A stretch of DNA of 64,000 nucleotides from Callorhinchus milii (GCF_018977255.1 NW_024704742.1:85004001-85068000); one strand, 5' to 3'; shown: positions 40,427 through 53,905, numbered from the stretch's first letter. Translations and numbers: made by a program. Notes: a model not told the origin generated them from the sequence alone.

Positions 40427-40914
40427 GTGAGCGAAAGACTCATCTGTGTGCTCAGTTACGATCTCTGTACACTGTATATCAGTAGATACAATGCTGTATT
40501 GATTGCTCAATTGTCGGCCTTTTTACACACTGGCAAATTGATTTATGTTAAGAGTGATGCTGCCTTTGGGACAGAAACAAGCCCTGGATAATTTTTCTTC
40601 CCCTCAGAGTTGTATTTCCACACCATTAACCTTGTTTTGTGTTTGTCCAGATATCAAAAACGCTTAGCCAAGTGCATTAATTTTGATGGTGTTGGTGACC
40701 CTGTCCTGTTTTATACAAAGAATTCAAGATTCTTGTCCCCACTTTCAAATCCCAGCACACAGCATCTTCTTTCTTCCTATTCCCCCCACCCCCACGTCAC
40801 ACAGGGTCATGTTAAATGAGGTAAAAGAGAGTTTTACTATTGTGTGCTGTTCTGAGGGTAAAGGAGGCTGAGCTGAGCAGCAGCTCTGTAATGTTCTCGG
40901 TTTTGTGTCTGCAG

Positions 40915-41013
40915 CTTACACCATGGCTAAATACGGAATGTCGATGTGCGTCCTGGGCATGGCAGAAGAATTCAAAGGCGAAATTGCAGTAAATGCTTTG
41001 TGGCCAAAGACCG
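40915..41013 (+). CDS. HSDL2: HSDL2 coding exon 6 (AYTMAKYGMSMCVLGMAEEFKGEIAVNALWPKT)
   Basis: tctgcag| ... |gtgagc; catalytic YxxxK (YTMAK); 99 nt. Confidence 0.97.
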
Positions 41014-41984
41014 GTGAGCGCACTCTGTATTACGACACATTAAACCGAGGTCCCTTCTTCCTGTTCAGGTGGGTCTAAAGATCCCATGGCATTAGGAACA
41101 GGAGTAGGCCATTCAGCCCCTCGAGTCTGTTCCACCATTCTGTAAGATCATGGCTAATCTATACTTTAACTCCAATTCCCACCCTTACCCCATATCCCTT
41201 GACACCCACTGTTCGAAAAGAAAAGGGAGTTATCTCTCCCGGTGTTCTGGCCAACAATCCCCTTAATAAAATTGGTCATTCATCAAAATTGTATCATGGC
41301 TGTTTGTGGGACATTGTTGTGCGCAATTGGCTGCCATGTTTTGCCCACAAAATACCAAATCAATCCACTTTACGGTCTATCCTATGAAGCTCTTTGAGAC
41401 ATCTCAACGACATGATGAGACACTATCAAATTCAAGACAAAAATGATGTTAGCCAAATTTATTAGTACTGTTAATGCTACTGTTACAGCAGTGGGAGTTT
41501 GGTAATGGGATTGATTTCTAAAGTAAACTGGTTTTTGTAAAAGACTTCATCTGTTTCCTTTCAATGCTTAAAAAACAGCTTGTTGTTCGATTTTTTAATG
41601 CAAATTCAACATGAGACAGGCTGTTCATTAACCAAGTGGACATTGAACCAAGCCCGTCTCGGTTAGTAAAACCAGCAGTAAAATCTTTAATTCACTTCAT
41701 TCTAAAAGCAGCACTCAGCCACACTACCTCCTGCTGTTGAAATTACTATAAGAGCAATTTACATTTATATGGTCCCTTTTACAATGGGGGATGGGAGTTG
41801 CAAAGAGCTTCTTCAAACAACTGGGAGCTTGAACTGAGGAGGGGATGGGGGGGCTGAGGGGGAGGTGGAGGGGGGCTGAGAAGGGGGAGCTGGGGGAGGG
41901 GGAGAAATAAGCTTTCATTACTTGTTTCAGGCTTGTTTACTTCAATGTTCTGCTCACCAGATTCCCCAGGTTTTCACTACACAA

Positions 41985-42482
41985 GCTGCTGACTATCCAC
42001 AACTCTGCAGCCTGTGTCGCCTCTGGCACCAAGCTCAGTGAGCCTATCACCTACCCACCCCCCATCTCGCTTGAGTCCATTGCTTCCCCATTCCCCAGGG
42101 GATCAAGTTCAAGATCCTCATTCTCACCTTACAAAGTCTCGCCCCACCCTACCTCTGTAACCACCTTCAACTAAACCAACCAGGCCACTCCCTTTGCTCA
42201 TCACCACCATGCCCACTTCATGTCCCCACCCTATCTACACTACAATTAGCAGGCGAGCTTTCAGCTATTTTTCAGCTCTCTCTGGACTTCCATCCAGTGC
42301 CTCCCCACTCGCTCCCTCCTTTATTTAATACCCATTTAAATACCTAAATACGCACATTTGGCCACCTTTACCCTCTCCACGCCCGCCCCCCTCCCACGTC
42401 AACCTGGTCCTCAGCCAGCATTGTCAAGTGCTTTGAGACAACTTTCTGTCATGAAAGGTGCTCTATAAACCTAAGTTGTGTT
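41985..42482 (+). mobile_element. degenerate L2 3' fragment
   Basis: aactctgcagcc..., ttcaagatcctc..., tail tgaaaggtgctctataaa. Confidence 0.75.
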
Positions 42483-42581
42483 ATAAGGTGGTCAAAAGCT
42501 TGGTTGAACTGCAAACAAGATATTCAGTCTTTTTTTGAAGATCTTGTGATCATTAAAATGTTTCTTTTCTGAAACCTGCAG

Positions 42582-42776
42582 CGGTTCAGACGGCTGCGAT
42601 GGTTATGCTGGGAGGGTCGGAGGTGGGCAACCAATGCAGAAACCCAGAAATAATGGCTGATGCTGCGTATGCCATTTTCTCAAAACCGAAGACATTTACT
42701 GGAAACTTTGTCATTGACGAAGAGATCCTCAAACAGGAAGGAATCAAAGACTTTGATGTCTATGCGGTCTCTCCAG
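42582..42776 (+). CDS. HSDL2: HSDL2 coding exon 7 (AVQTAAMVMLGG...DAAYAIFSKPKTFTGNFVIDEEILKQEGIKDFDVYAVSP)
   Basis: cctgcag| ... |gtatgg; 195 nt. Confidence 0.97.
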
Positions 42777-42944
42777 GTATGGTACTTTCTCCATCAGTTT
42801 CACCAACACTAAGAGATTGGGTTGAAGGATTGCCTACTGTTATATGGATGGCTGTAGGTCTATAGGGAATCTTTCTCCTTAAATGTTCTGCCACCTTCTC
42901 CTGAAATGTGGTTGGATTCCTTTTTCTTTCCACCGTACATGAGT

Positions 42945-43313
42945 TGAGTCCTGTAGCTCAGTGGTTAGAGCACTCACTTCACAAGAGAGAGACCTGGGTT
43001 TGATTCCCGGCAGGGCGAAATGTTGGGCAAGTTTCCTTACTCCACATGCCTCTGTTTACCTAGCAGGAAGTAGGAACCCGGTTATTAGTCGATTGGGGGA
43101 TCGCTTTTCTGGGGATAATAATTCCTTAAATATATATATTTAAAAAATTGATCACTTCAAACCACGACTGTTTGTGGGACACCGCTGTGAACAATTGGCT
43201 GCTGCGTTTTGCCCACAAAATATACAGTCAATTCACTTTACAGTATATTCTGTGAAGCACTTTGAGACGTCTCGAAGACGTGATAAGGCACTATATCAAA
43301 TGCAAGGATTATT
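42945..43313 (+). mobile_element. full-length tRNA-derived SINE (long form); possible TSD ATGAG
   Basis: complete head, body and tail in HSDL2 intron 7. Confidence 0.95.
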
Positions 43314-43532
43314 ATGAGCAAGTGGGCACGGGCACTGTACACCCTCCAATATGTCACCAACACAGCCACTATACACACTTTCCAGTACGTACACAACGAC
43401 ATTAACCCTGAGATATATGGTGTTGCTCCTCACTGGAGAGACACTGGGTGGCTTTTGGGGGAAAGCTACTGTTTACATAACTGGATGTAAATAGTTCCTG
43501 TCACTTGAGTAACCTGTGCTATTTGGTTCTAG

Positions 43533-43604
43533 GACACCCACTGCTTCCAGATTTCTTTTTAGATGAGGAACCTGAGGCACTTGTGAAGAAAATGCAGAAT
43601 TTTG
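43533..43604 (+). CDS. HSDL2: HSDL2 coding exon 8 (GHPLLPDFFLDEEPEALVKKMQNF)
   Basis: gttctag| ... |gtgagc; HPLxPDFFLDE motif; 72 nt. Confidence 0.95.
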
Positions 43605-43743
43605 GTGAGCATTTTCAGCTTGGGTGGGGGGGGTGGAGTGGGGGCAGTCAGTCTTGTTAAGTTCTTGGTTTGTCAGCATTCAGCGAAAGTGCCCTAAACT
43701 TGGACGATTACATTTGTTCAAATTTTATCTGTTTGCTTTGTAG

Positions 43744-43893
43744 GTGGAGTTCCTGCTTTTGGAGGAGGAAAAGCACAGACAGCAACGGCAGCAGACAAAG
43801 GACCCGTTGCAGAGACTTTCAGAATTCTAGAGAAGGCTGTCAATGCTGATGTGGTGAAAGGCACTCAAGGGGTGTATCAATTTGAATTATCTG
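43744..43893 (+). CDS. HSDL2: HSDL2 coding exon 9 (linker and start of SCP2 domain, ...GPVAETFRILEKAVNADVVKGTQGVYQFELS)
   Basis: ctttgtag| ... |gtaagt; 150 nt. Confidence 0.94.
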
Positions 43894-44511
43894 GTAAGTT
43901 GGTTCAGAATCATCCATTCACACTGGGTGCTGCTACTAATTTGGTTCTTATAGAGAACTGTTTTTGATAGCGTAAAGTTATGCCTTGGAACACTCTCTCT
44001 GCATCTTGGAGTGATAATAATAAACGATATAATAATCCTTATACTGGATATAATGTCTTTCACGTGGGGAGATGTATAAGATCACTTCCACGATATACTA
44101 TAAAGGATAACAACTGTAGGTAAACACAATAGGCAATTTTGTGCACAACAGTGTCCCACAGACATGAAGTAAATAACCCATTTTATTTGAGAGATTGTTT
44201 GTCAAGACATTGGAAGAAACTCTCTTCTCTGGCTTTGGTGATCTCACTAATGACTAGCCCTGTGTTAATGATGTTTAACGTCCACCTGTATCGGCAGAGA
44301 CAGGTTCTCGGTTTAATGTCTCAAACAGATGAGCAGAACATAAGAGCTTTTTAATAACATTTCACCCACAAAATACAATCGCTTCACTTTACAGTATAGT
44401 GTACACGCTTTGAGACATCTCGATGACATGATAAGGCACATCATCAAATGCAAAGAGTGCTTGCGATTAAAATATCTTTGCTGAATATCAACTTTACTAT
44501 TGACTAACCAG

Positions 44512-44640
44512 GGGAACACCCAGGCACATGGTACATTGACCTGAAGAACGCCAACGGCAGCTTGGGGCATGGAGCCCCTCCAGGGAAGGCAGACGTATCG
44601 ATGATCATGACCAGTGAAGACTTTGTGAAAATGTTTGCAG
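44512..44640 (+). CDS. HSDL2: HSDL2 coding exon 10 (GEHPGTWYIDLKNANGSLGHGAPPGKADVSMIMTSEDFVKMFA)
   Basis: taaccag| ... |gtgagt; SCP2 domain; 129 nt. Confidence 0.95.
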
Positions 44641-45973
44641 GTGAGTTATCGGCAGTTCTCGTGGCGGGAGATGGGGTCAGTAGTCACCCTGTAGAACTAG
44701 AACACACAAGTTGCTGATTGTGTGGGATGTGTAGGAGGAGGCCATTCAAACCATCAAGCTGCTTAACAACCGTTACAGACCCTTTCAGCACAGCTCTTAT
44801 TTAAAAAAAGAAGTGAAACGGCTTCAATTTATCAAAGTGCAAAACACTAGTCTTTTACTGAGCCGGTGAGTATAGAATCATACCCCCCTCCCACCCCCAA
44901 CGGAAGCAATTTACTCTTCCAGGAGAGGAAGAGAAAGTTGTCATTAAAAGAAAAAAATCAGCTTTTGTAAGAGGGGTAAGAGGCCCTGTTCTCTTGTACC
45001 TCCAAGTTACCATTATCAATGCGGTGGAAGGTGTGGGATGAGGGGGAATGCCACATATCCTTTTGAGAGGTAGCCTATTGACTCAGAGATGTTGGTACAC
45101 TGACATAATGGGAACATTGGAGGCCCTTCAGCTCATTGAGACTGTTATACAAATGTAATTTTGATGTTGTTGTTATACATTTTATTAGATCATGACAGGA
45201 GTCTTAGTATCATTTCCCAAATAAAAATGTTTCCAATCTCTTAATGCCCTTACTTCCCAAATATCCAGTCAGTGCCAAGGAGGAATAAGAGGGGTGAGAC
45301 TTGTTACCTTACCCCACAAGGTCTGTTCCCAAGTGCCTTGGGGGAGGTGGCAACCACAGGTGAGGTACTTCCATCGGGGCTGCGCTGTTCTCTTGTACTG
45401 CTCAGTGACCAGCTGATCTGTTGACACTCAGGAACAGCACAGCACACTGAGATGGAAAGGGGCTGGGTCTAGAGGAAAGTGAATGTGAGAAAAATATAAA
45501 TGTCCTGTTTCACTGTGGGTTTATTAGGATGCATCCTTCTTACATCCAATCTGTAGTGGAATAAAAATATCACATACACTCATTCCAGATACTTCTGACC
45601 CTGTTCTAAACATCAGATGAAGAGTGATGGCAGATTGGATGTTTGACAAGTGGCTTGGGAGCTCTTGTTTCCAGCACTGTTAAGAATGTTGCTTTAGCTG
45701 AATGAATCTGGACACTGCATTATAAAGGGTGATGATTGATTGCCGTGGCGGATTGTGGAGTTGCAAGTGTCAGCAAATTCAAAAGGGTAATGCATAGAGG
45801 TATTTACGAAAGAAGCGGATGAAGGATATGGGAATTGAGAGCATTTTATGTGTTTATTTCATGTTAGGACAGACCAGTTTGATCACAGGTGTCTGTCTCT
45901 TTGCTCCTGTTCATTTTTCTTGCATTATCCTCTCATTTTACTGGACATCTCTTTTGTTGTCGCCCTGCTCCAG

Positions 45974-46086
45974 GTAAACTGAAACCCACCATGGCATTCA
46001 TGTCTGGGAAGCTGAAGATTAAAGGTGACATGACTCTCGCCATCAAACTTGAAAAGCTGATGTCTCAGCTGAAGTCCAGACTTTAA
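45974..46086 (+). CDS. HSDL2: HSDL2 last coding exon (GKLKPTMAFMSGKLKIKGDMTLAIKLEKLMSQLKSRL*), PTS1 = SRL
   Basis: ctccag| acceptor; TAA stop at 46084-46086; the 11 exons sum to 1257 nt = 418 aa with no internal stop. Confidence 0.97.
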
Positions 46087-46430
46087 TCTCCCAGCAGAGA
46101 GAAGCTTGCTTTATGCCTTATCAATGCAGTGGATGCCATAGGCGGGGGGAGAATGCCACATAACATTTTAAATATTATTATTAATTATGAAATTCTTTTT
46201 GCAAATGTTAACATCGAATCAATCCACTGTTGTTTCTTTCGTATACTCTTACTAATGTACATTGTTGAAATTCAACCTAAAACATACAGTTTTACAATGA
46301 GGCTAAAAAAGCTTGAATTTCAAAACTGTCTTGACTTTTAATATTAATTACTGAAAGATCCTGATTTTGTACTCTGATCAATTGTGTCCCCTCCCCTGTA
46401 TAGGACAGCGAATGAGTCTCTGTGGATTAC

Positions 46431-46436
46431 AATAAA
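46431..46436 (+). terminator. candidate polyadenylation signal of HSDL2 (second candidate at 47038-47043)
   Basis: AATAAA 345 nt after the stop, followed by GT/T-rich sequence. Confidence 0.55.
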
Positions 46437-47711
46437 CATGTACAGATTTGGGAATATCTAACTGGCTTTGTCCAACAAACTTGTTTGATCGCTGGTTTGC
46501 CCAGTTTGGGCGGGGTTGCAATGTGACTGGGCAATTTGACGACAGATGCGTTTTTCTCTCTTATGTTCTCAGTGTTATCAACATTGTATAAACTTTGTTT
46601 AAAAAAAATTACATTTCAATTAATACACAATTACTTGGCATTTGTTTTCATTTTATTGGATGTCTGGCAGTCAATAATCTTAAAGTATTAATGGAGGGGG
46701 GTGCAGTTTGTTTTCCTTCTCAACTGTTCACAGAAATTGAATTATTTCTCAGTGCACAGCTTTGAGATTTCCTGGTTTTGAATTTAGGTGCAGTGAATCC
46801 AGGGTTATATTACCCCCACCCATTTCCCCCACCGTCTATATACGCCTCACGTAAGTGGAAATGCTCTGTTGCAGCCAAGTATTCAACTAGGCAGAGAATG
46901 AACAACTAAATTAACTTCGATGGCAGCAGGCAGGCAATGAGCATCATGGAGCCTTGAGACATGCTCGGTACTGTGAAGAAATACGCATTCTTATTACTTG
47001 CCAGTAGATCTGTGCTATTTTTATGAAGGACACTGTCAATAAAAATGCAGCGAATGTAAATAGTGTCTGTGACTGGCAAATTGGTAAATGATGCATTGAT
47101 GTATGTGAAGACAGCTTTTATTTTATTGTTGTGCATCTTTTTGCCTGTTGCCTATTTTGTGAGTTGTCAGTGTCTGAAAGAGGAAAAATAGGTTAATATT
47201 TTGGGTAGGACCCTTCGTCAAAATCCATGTTATTATTTTCAGAGGCTTTGTCCTGGCACAATCCATACTCCAGCATTAAAAAAATGACTGAAGTTCTAAA
47301 TTCATATATGGTTTTATTGGTGTCTTCCTATAAGGTAGAAATGTGTTTCTTGGTCAAAATGCTCTATATCTTTCTGTTCCTCAAAGGCAGATGGGTATCA
47401 TCAGCCACAACAGCAAGTCATTTACTCCCAAGTTAACAGAGATAAGAGTATGATACTTGTGTGAGCAATGCATGCAAGACAAGAACTGGACTGATACCAG
47501 TGACAGAAGGAGGACTGATGGAGATTGTTAGGACACTGCAAGTGACCCATTATGTGAGTATTAATATTGGCATTTTCATGAGAGAAAATTAACTCGACTC
47601 CTCTGTTCTAAGACTTGGAAGATCCATTCAGTGAAGAATTCATTTGCCATGAAACTCCTCATTGAAATCAATATTTTGTGTTTGAACTGAGAATATATTT
47701 GCATTTGTGAA

Positions 47712-47988
47712 TTGCAAGTGAAAGGACCTGGATTTGATTCCCAGGCAGGGTGAAACCTTGGACAAAGTTTCCTTACTCTGCACATAACAACATGCCTCTG
47801 TTTACTTAGCAGTAAGTAAGAACCTGCTTGTTAGTCAATTGGCGAATCGTTTTCTGGGGATAATAATCCCTTAAAAAAAAATTTGGTCATTCAATCCACG
47901 ACTGTTTATGGCATACTGCTGTGCGCAATTGTCGGACGAGTTTTGCCCACAACATATACAGAAACTACACTTTACAGTATATTCTGTG
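47712..47988 (+). mobile_element. truncated SINE (long form)
   Basis: B box, central segment, Deu-like body. Confidence 0.85.
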
Positions 47989-48149
47989 TGGAAGCCGCTT
48001 CAATAACAACTTTCAAGAGAGAAGTATAGATATTAGAAGAGGACAAATTTGCAGGGTTATGGGGAGAGTGGGGGAGTGGGATTAATTTGGACAGCTCTTT
48101 CAAGAGCTGGTATGGACACAATGGGCTGAAGGGTCTCCTGTGCTGTATA
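47986..48149 (+). mobile_element. CR1 3' fragment whose tail resumes at 50961-50982
   Basis: same 3' UTR as 15385-15570; TTCTATGATTCTATG found after the L2 nest. Confidence 0.85.
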
Positions 48150-50075
48150 TCGTTGTTCTACTCCCAAGACAATCTTGGAGGCTAAGGACAACCCCAGGCT
48201 CCTCTTCTCCATCACGAACTGACTCCTCCACCCATCCTCTCAAGTCTCACCCATCCTCACCTCAAATGCCAACTGTGAGGCGATGCTGGACTTCCTCGAA
48301 TCCAAAGTCGAGGGAATCCGCTCAGCTGCCTCTGCCACTGCATCTGCTACCCTCTCCCCATCTCCTCCCCGCCCAGCCCCTACCCATCCCTCCCTCCACA
48401 CCTTTGAACCCGTCTCCCCTTCTCATCAAACCATAACCTGTATGAAACCCACCACCTGCTCCCTCAACCCCATCTCTACCCCACTACTTACCTCCCAGCT
48501 CCACCTCCTTGCCCCTCTACTCAGTGACATGGTTAAACTCTCCCGGTCCTCTGGTATTGTTCCCACCCCTTTAAAAACTGCTGTCATCACTCCTATCCTT
48601 AAAAAACCCTCCATGGACCCTTCTTTACTCCCTAACTATGCCCCATCTCCAACTTCTCTTTCCTCTCCAAGGTCTTGGAACGAGTTGTTCCTTCTCAGCT
48701 TCGCTCCTTCCTCTCCCACCACTACCTTCTCGAACCCCTTCAATCAGGTTTCCGTGCCGCTCACAGCACAGAAATAGCCCTGGTCAAAGTGACAAATGAC
48801 ATTCTGTCCATGTACGACAGGGCTCCCTCTGCCTCCTCGTCCTCCTTGACCTCTCTGTTGCTTTCGACACCATCGACCACTCTATCCTCATCCACCTCCT
48901 CTCACCTCAACCTCCACGGCGCTGTCCTTGACTGGTTCAAATCGTACTCTCACACTGCCTGCACTTCATCTCTTCAAACGGTTTCTCCTCTTGCCCCTGG
49001 ACCGTCTCGTGCGGCATTCCTCAGGGCTGTGTCCTGAGTCCCCTCCTCTTCAACATCTATATGCTCCCTCTTGGTGACATCATCCGTAGACATGGAGTCA
49101 ACTTCCACATGTATGTGGATGACACCCAACTCTATCTCTCTGCCTCCACCCTTGACTCCAGGACCACTGCTGTCCTGACAGAATGTCTGTCAGACATCAA
49201 GTCCTGGATGAGAGCCAACTTTCTTCAGTTGAACATCAACAAGTCCGAGGCTCTCCTCATTGGCTTCCGTCAACGCCTCCTGACCTCAGGCACTGACAGC
49301 ATCAACATCCATGGTTGCACACTCCACCTTACTCAGCCAGTCCGCAACCTTGGGGTCTTGTTTGACCCTCAACTATCCTTTCTACCCCACATCTGTGCCA
49401 TGACCTGCTCTGCCTTCCCCACCTCCACAACGTCGCCCGGCTCCAACACTGTCTCACATCGCAGGCCCCCGAAACCCTCATACACGCCTTCACTACATCG
49501 AGGCTCGACTATGCAAACTCACTGCTTGTCGGCCTCCCCAACTCCTCCCTCCATAGACTGCAGATCATTCAGAACTCTGCAGCCCGTGTCCTCTCCTGCA
49601 CTAGGCCCCGCGACCCTATTACCCTCATCCTTGCCCAACTCCATTGGCTTCCCATCACCCAGGATACAGTTGAAGATCCTGGTCCTCACCTTCAAAGCCC
49701 TCCACAGTCTTGCTCCCCACTACCTCTCCGACCTCTTAAGCCCCTACAACCCCGTTCGCTCCCTCCGCTCAGCGGGCTCTGGCTTGGTTTATGTCCCCCG
49801 CCTCGCTCGCCCCAATATCGGTGGGAGGGCCTTCCGCCACTCTGCACCCACCTTCTGGAACTCCATCCCGCAGGCCCTCCGTCTCAGCCCCTCCCTCACC
49901 ACCTTCAAGACCCACCTCAAGACCCTCCTCTTTGACTGTCCTTTCGATTTCCCTCGTTTCCCCCCCCCCTGAACTCCCCTCTCCCCCACCCTGACCCTCA
50001 GCTTGTGTCCATAGCTCTGTCTGTCCAGCGCCTTGGGATGTCCTCCCGATGTGAAACGCGCTAAACAAATGTAAT
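48150..50075 (+). mobile_element. L2 LINE (RT region to 3' end) inserted into a CR1 tail; TSD TGTATA (48144-48149 / 50961-50966)
   Basis: QSGFRAAHSTE, YVDDTQLY; frameshifted ORF2. Confidence 0.95.
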
Positions 50076-50949
50076 TGGCTCACGTCAGCGCCTCCGCACC
50101 TCAGGTGCTGACACCATCAGCATCCAAGGCTGCACTCTCCACCTCTCAAAGCCAGTCAGGAACCTCGGCGTTCTGTTCGACCCTGAGCTTTCCTTTCTCC
50201 CTCATATCCGCGCCACAACTGGCACTGCCTTCCATCACCTCCGGAACATCGCCAGACTACGGCACTACCTCACCCCTCACGCTGCTGAAACCCTGGTCCA
50301 CGCCTTTGTCACCTCAAGGCTGGACTATGGGAACTCTCTCCTCGCCGGCCTTCCCGGCACCTCCCTCCACAAGCTGCAGGTCATTCAGAACTCTGCAGCT
50401 CGTGTACTGTCCCAGGCTTCGGGACCACATCACTCCCACCCTCGATCACCTCCACTGGCTCCCCATCCCCCAGAGGATTGATTTCAAGATCCTCATCCTC
50501 ACCTACAAGGCCATTCACGGCCTTGCTCCCTCCTACCTCTCCAACCTACTATCCCCTACCTACCTGCCCGTACCCTCCATTCCTCTGGCTCCGGTCTGCT
50601 CCACGTCCCCCGCCCAACCGCCCTACTATCGGTGGTCGGGCCTTCAGCCTCTCAGCCCCCAGGCTCTGGAACTCTATCCCCCAGTGACTTCGCCGCCTCC
50701 TCCCTTTCCTCCTTCAAGGCCGGTCTCAAGACCTTTCTCTTTGACCGTGCCTTCAGCTCCCTCTCGACTCTCTACCCCCTCCTCGCTCCCTCCCTTCCCT
50801 CCCCTCACCCTGACCATTTCCCCCCTCCTCTCTCCCTCCTTCCCTCCCCTCACCCTGACCATTTCCCCCCTGCTCGGGTCATGACCCAACTGTGCAGCGC
50901 CTTGGGACGTCCTCCTGACGTGAAAGGCGCTTTATAAATGGAATCTTGT
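50076..50949 (+). mobile_element. second L2 (same subfamily as 28032-29870) inserted in the tail of the preceding L2; TSD TGTAAT (50070-50075 / 50950-50955)
   Basis: highly similar to reverse complement of 28032-28863; full 3' tail. Confidence 0.93.
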
Positions 50950-52529
50950 TGTAATGTTGTTGTATAATTCTATGATTCTATGAAAGCCTTCAGTGCAGTG
51001 GGAGGACCTTTACAGGACAGGTTGTGACGTGCCAGCCATTTTGATGTTCTCGCGGTCCAAGTCCAATGCCACCGCTGTGCATGTGTGCATACTCATGCCA
51101 GCTCATAAAGCAGATTTGTATCCCATTGGTGTGGTTGGATTCAACCCAAGAAGCCAGCCAAAAGATCAATTCAAAATTAAATCCAATGTCAACTTTTTGG
51201 GCATAACTCAAATTACTGCATGCAATTTGCAGAAGTGATCATCAATGTGGACGAATTTCACCTTTGGTTTTGGATAGAAAATGTTCAAGTCATGCCTAAA
51301 ACCTGAAAACCAACAGTTCGTAACCCCTGAATTTCAGCCTGTATTTAGATTATAATAATCTTTGCATTTAATATAGTGCCTTCAAGTGAGGAGGATGTAC
51401 TCAAATATATACTGTAAAATGTAGTTTTAAAATATTAAAATATAGATTGTATTTTGTAGGCAAGCACATTCAGTGTCAGATGGAGAATTAATTATTTTCC
51501 TTCTGACCTATCCATTGGAGTGGCTCAGTGCATTGTTTTTAACCAGACCAGTCTCGTGTTGCAAAGCGTGCAAGTGTACCAGGCATGGAGGCTGTGTTTA
51601 TGGCCTTCGGTACACCCACCCTGCTCAGGATCCGATATGTCGGTGCCGGTGAGAAGCAGGCCTAACAATTGATTAACATTGATATTTTTAAAATTTCAGT
51701 TTAAATGCTTCTTTTTGTTTAACTACTCTGTTTAAACAATGAACTGCAAATGTGTTTCCTGCATTTCAATGCTAAATATAACCAATGTGGTTTGAAATCA
51801 AAAGATCTTATGTTCTCAGAGCCTCATCATTTGTTTCCCAACAGCAAAATCCTTTCCTAATAAATATGCTCCTGTCAATCTCAACTCTTTTATTCAATAG
51901 AGCCCCAATACAATTGTCTCAATCTATGCTTTTAACCATTGCCAACATTTCAATTTATTGAAACCACAGTGTTTATTTGCAACAATAATCAATGTCGGAG
52001 GTGAAGTAAAAGACTGGAACTAAATCTTGTGATTCAGATATGTCTATGAATCATTTGGTCTTTGCTGCCATAGTTTATGATGTCATCTGAATTCCTTAAT
52101 TAAATTGAAGCCCTATTTTCATGCTCATTTTCAGGCTTAAAACTGTAGCAGCTAATGATAGATCTGTACCAATGAATACTAGACCAGGTTAACATCTGGT
52201 TTGAGTCTACAGATGGATTAATATAGATGTATGAGCACACATAGACTAATACATCTATTTCAGCGCTGACACAGATGCTTGTGGGCAGTGTATGACAATT
52301 AATGCAGAGCTACATGCTAGCACCAATACTTATTTTCCCTTCCAGTGCATGGATACTGTAGCTGGCTATGATGCTGAAACGCAGCTGGTTCACACTGCTC
52401 TTTAGTTTTTCAGATTGTCTTGGGCATTTTCAGTGGACTTGTTGATGCTACTCAATGCAACACTCAGGGTCATCATTGTGCAGAAAACAACTGCCGTTTT
52501 CAGACACTATGCCATAGGCCGACAGTATT

Positions 52530-53640
52530 AATAACAACTTGCATTTATATAGCCTTCACGTGGGGTAGCGTCCTGGAGCTCTTCAGAGTTCCGGAGTCTG
52601 ACACCAAGTCGGAGGGAGAGGAAGTGGGAAGATGACCGTAAGCACGATCAAGATGGAAGGTCTTTAGGCGGGATTTGAAGGTGGGGAGGGAGGGAGGGAG
52701 GGGGCAAGGCAGAGGGATTGAGGGAGAAAGTTCCAGAGTTTCAGGGCATAGTGGCTGAAGGCACGACCACTGATAGTAGAATGGAGAGCACGAGGGACAA
52801 ACAGGAGGCCAGAGCCATCCCAGCGGGTGGTGGGGTGGGGGTAAGCAGATCAGAGTGGTAGGAAGGTGCGAGGGCATGAAGGAATTTGAAAAAGAGTGAG
52901 AGGATCTTGAAGTCGATCCATTCTGTGAATGGGAGCCAGTGGAGCCTGGCAAGGACTGTTGTGATGCGGGTGTAGATTTTCGTGGTGAGTATCCAAGTGG
53001 CAGAGTTTTGGTTTAATTGAATTTTGTGTATGGTGGAGCTGGGGAAACCAGCGAGGAGGGGATTGGAATAGTCCAGCCATGAAATGACAAAGGTATGGAC
53101 GAGGGTTTCAGCTGTGGCTGTTGTGAGGTATGGATGAGGTTGAGCAATATGACGGAGATGGAAAAAAGTGATCCTGGTCAGAGAATGGATGTGTGGTAGA
53201 AAGGAAAGCTGGAGATCAAACCTGACACCTAAGTTGCGCATGGGTTCGGAGAGTCTGAGGGAGAGACTGTATCGAACACAGTGGAGAGATCCAGGAGAAC
53301 AAGGAGGCAGAGGGAGCCCTGGTCACAGAGAGAGAGGATGTCATTTGTTACTTTAATGAGCGCTGTCTCTATGCTGTGGACAGGACGAAAACTGGACTGG
53401 AGGGGTTTGAGTAGGGAGTGGAGGGAGAGGTGTGAGTGAAGTTGATTTGCAACCACACATTCCAAAACTTTGGAAGGGCAGGTTTGAGATGGGTTTGAAG
53501 TGTGTGAGTTTGGAGGGATCAAGGGTAGGATTTTTACGGAGAGGAGTGATGACAGTGACTTTGAGGTGGAGTGGGACAGAGCCTGAGGAGAGGGATTGGT
53601 TGATTGTATCAGCCAGCAGTCGGCAGTGAGTTGAGTGACC
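52530..53640 (-). mobile_element. older degenerate L2
   Basis: HSIETALIKVTNDIL, LLDLSTVFDTV, RLHWLP in the ORF track. Confidence 0.9.
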
Positions 53641-53905
53641 AGAAGCTGTGTGGAGTTGGGTTCTGGGCAATGAGCAGAATAAGACCAGTTGTGTACTTTA
53701 CTTGACAGTTGTTATATGTTGTTATTCTGCTCCCATTATTTTCAACCAATTTCAGACATTCTGGAATTTCTGCAGTTTTCCTTCTTCCTGAAATTGCTGG
53801 AGTCAACGAAAGTTCATGAAACGATGCAACAGTCTCAGTCTGACGGATTTCAACCCCGAAGACAACACATTTGCTTCACCACTTCATATTCCCAAGCTTA
53901 ACCAT

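Noticed and set aside
46084..46095. Stop-codon readthrough creating an alternative peroxisomal signal
   Set aside because: Stop is TAA-TCT, not the TGA-CTAG readthrough context, and PTS1 SRL is already at the normal C-terminus
47387..47553. Plus-strand exon-like segment (ctcaaag|...|gtgagt) after HSDL2
   Set aside because: Stops in all three frames and lies beyond the candidate poly(A) signals; no supporting evidence
48283..50937. Reverse transcriptase ORFs as an active or novel RT system (also 21978-22628, 26656-27306, 28135-29992)
   Set aside because: 5'-truncated, frameshifted L2/CR1 ORF2 remnants with no ORF1 or endonuclease
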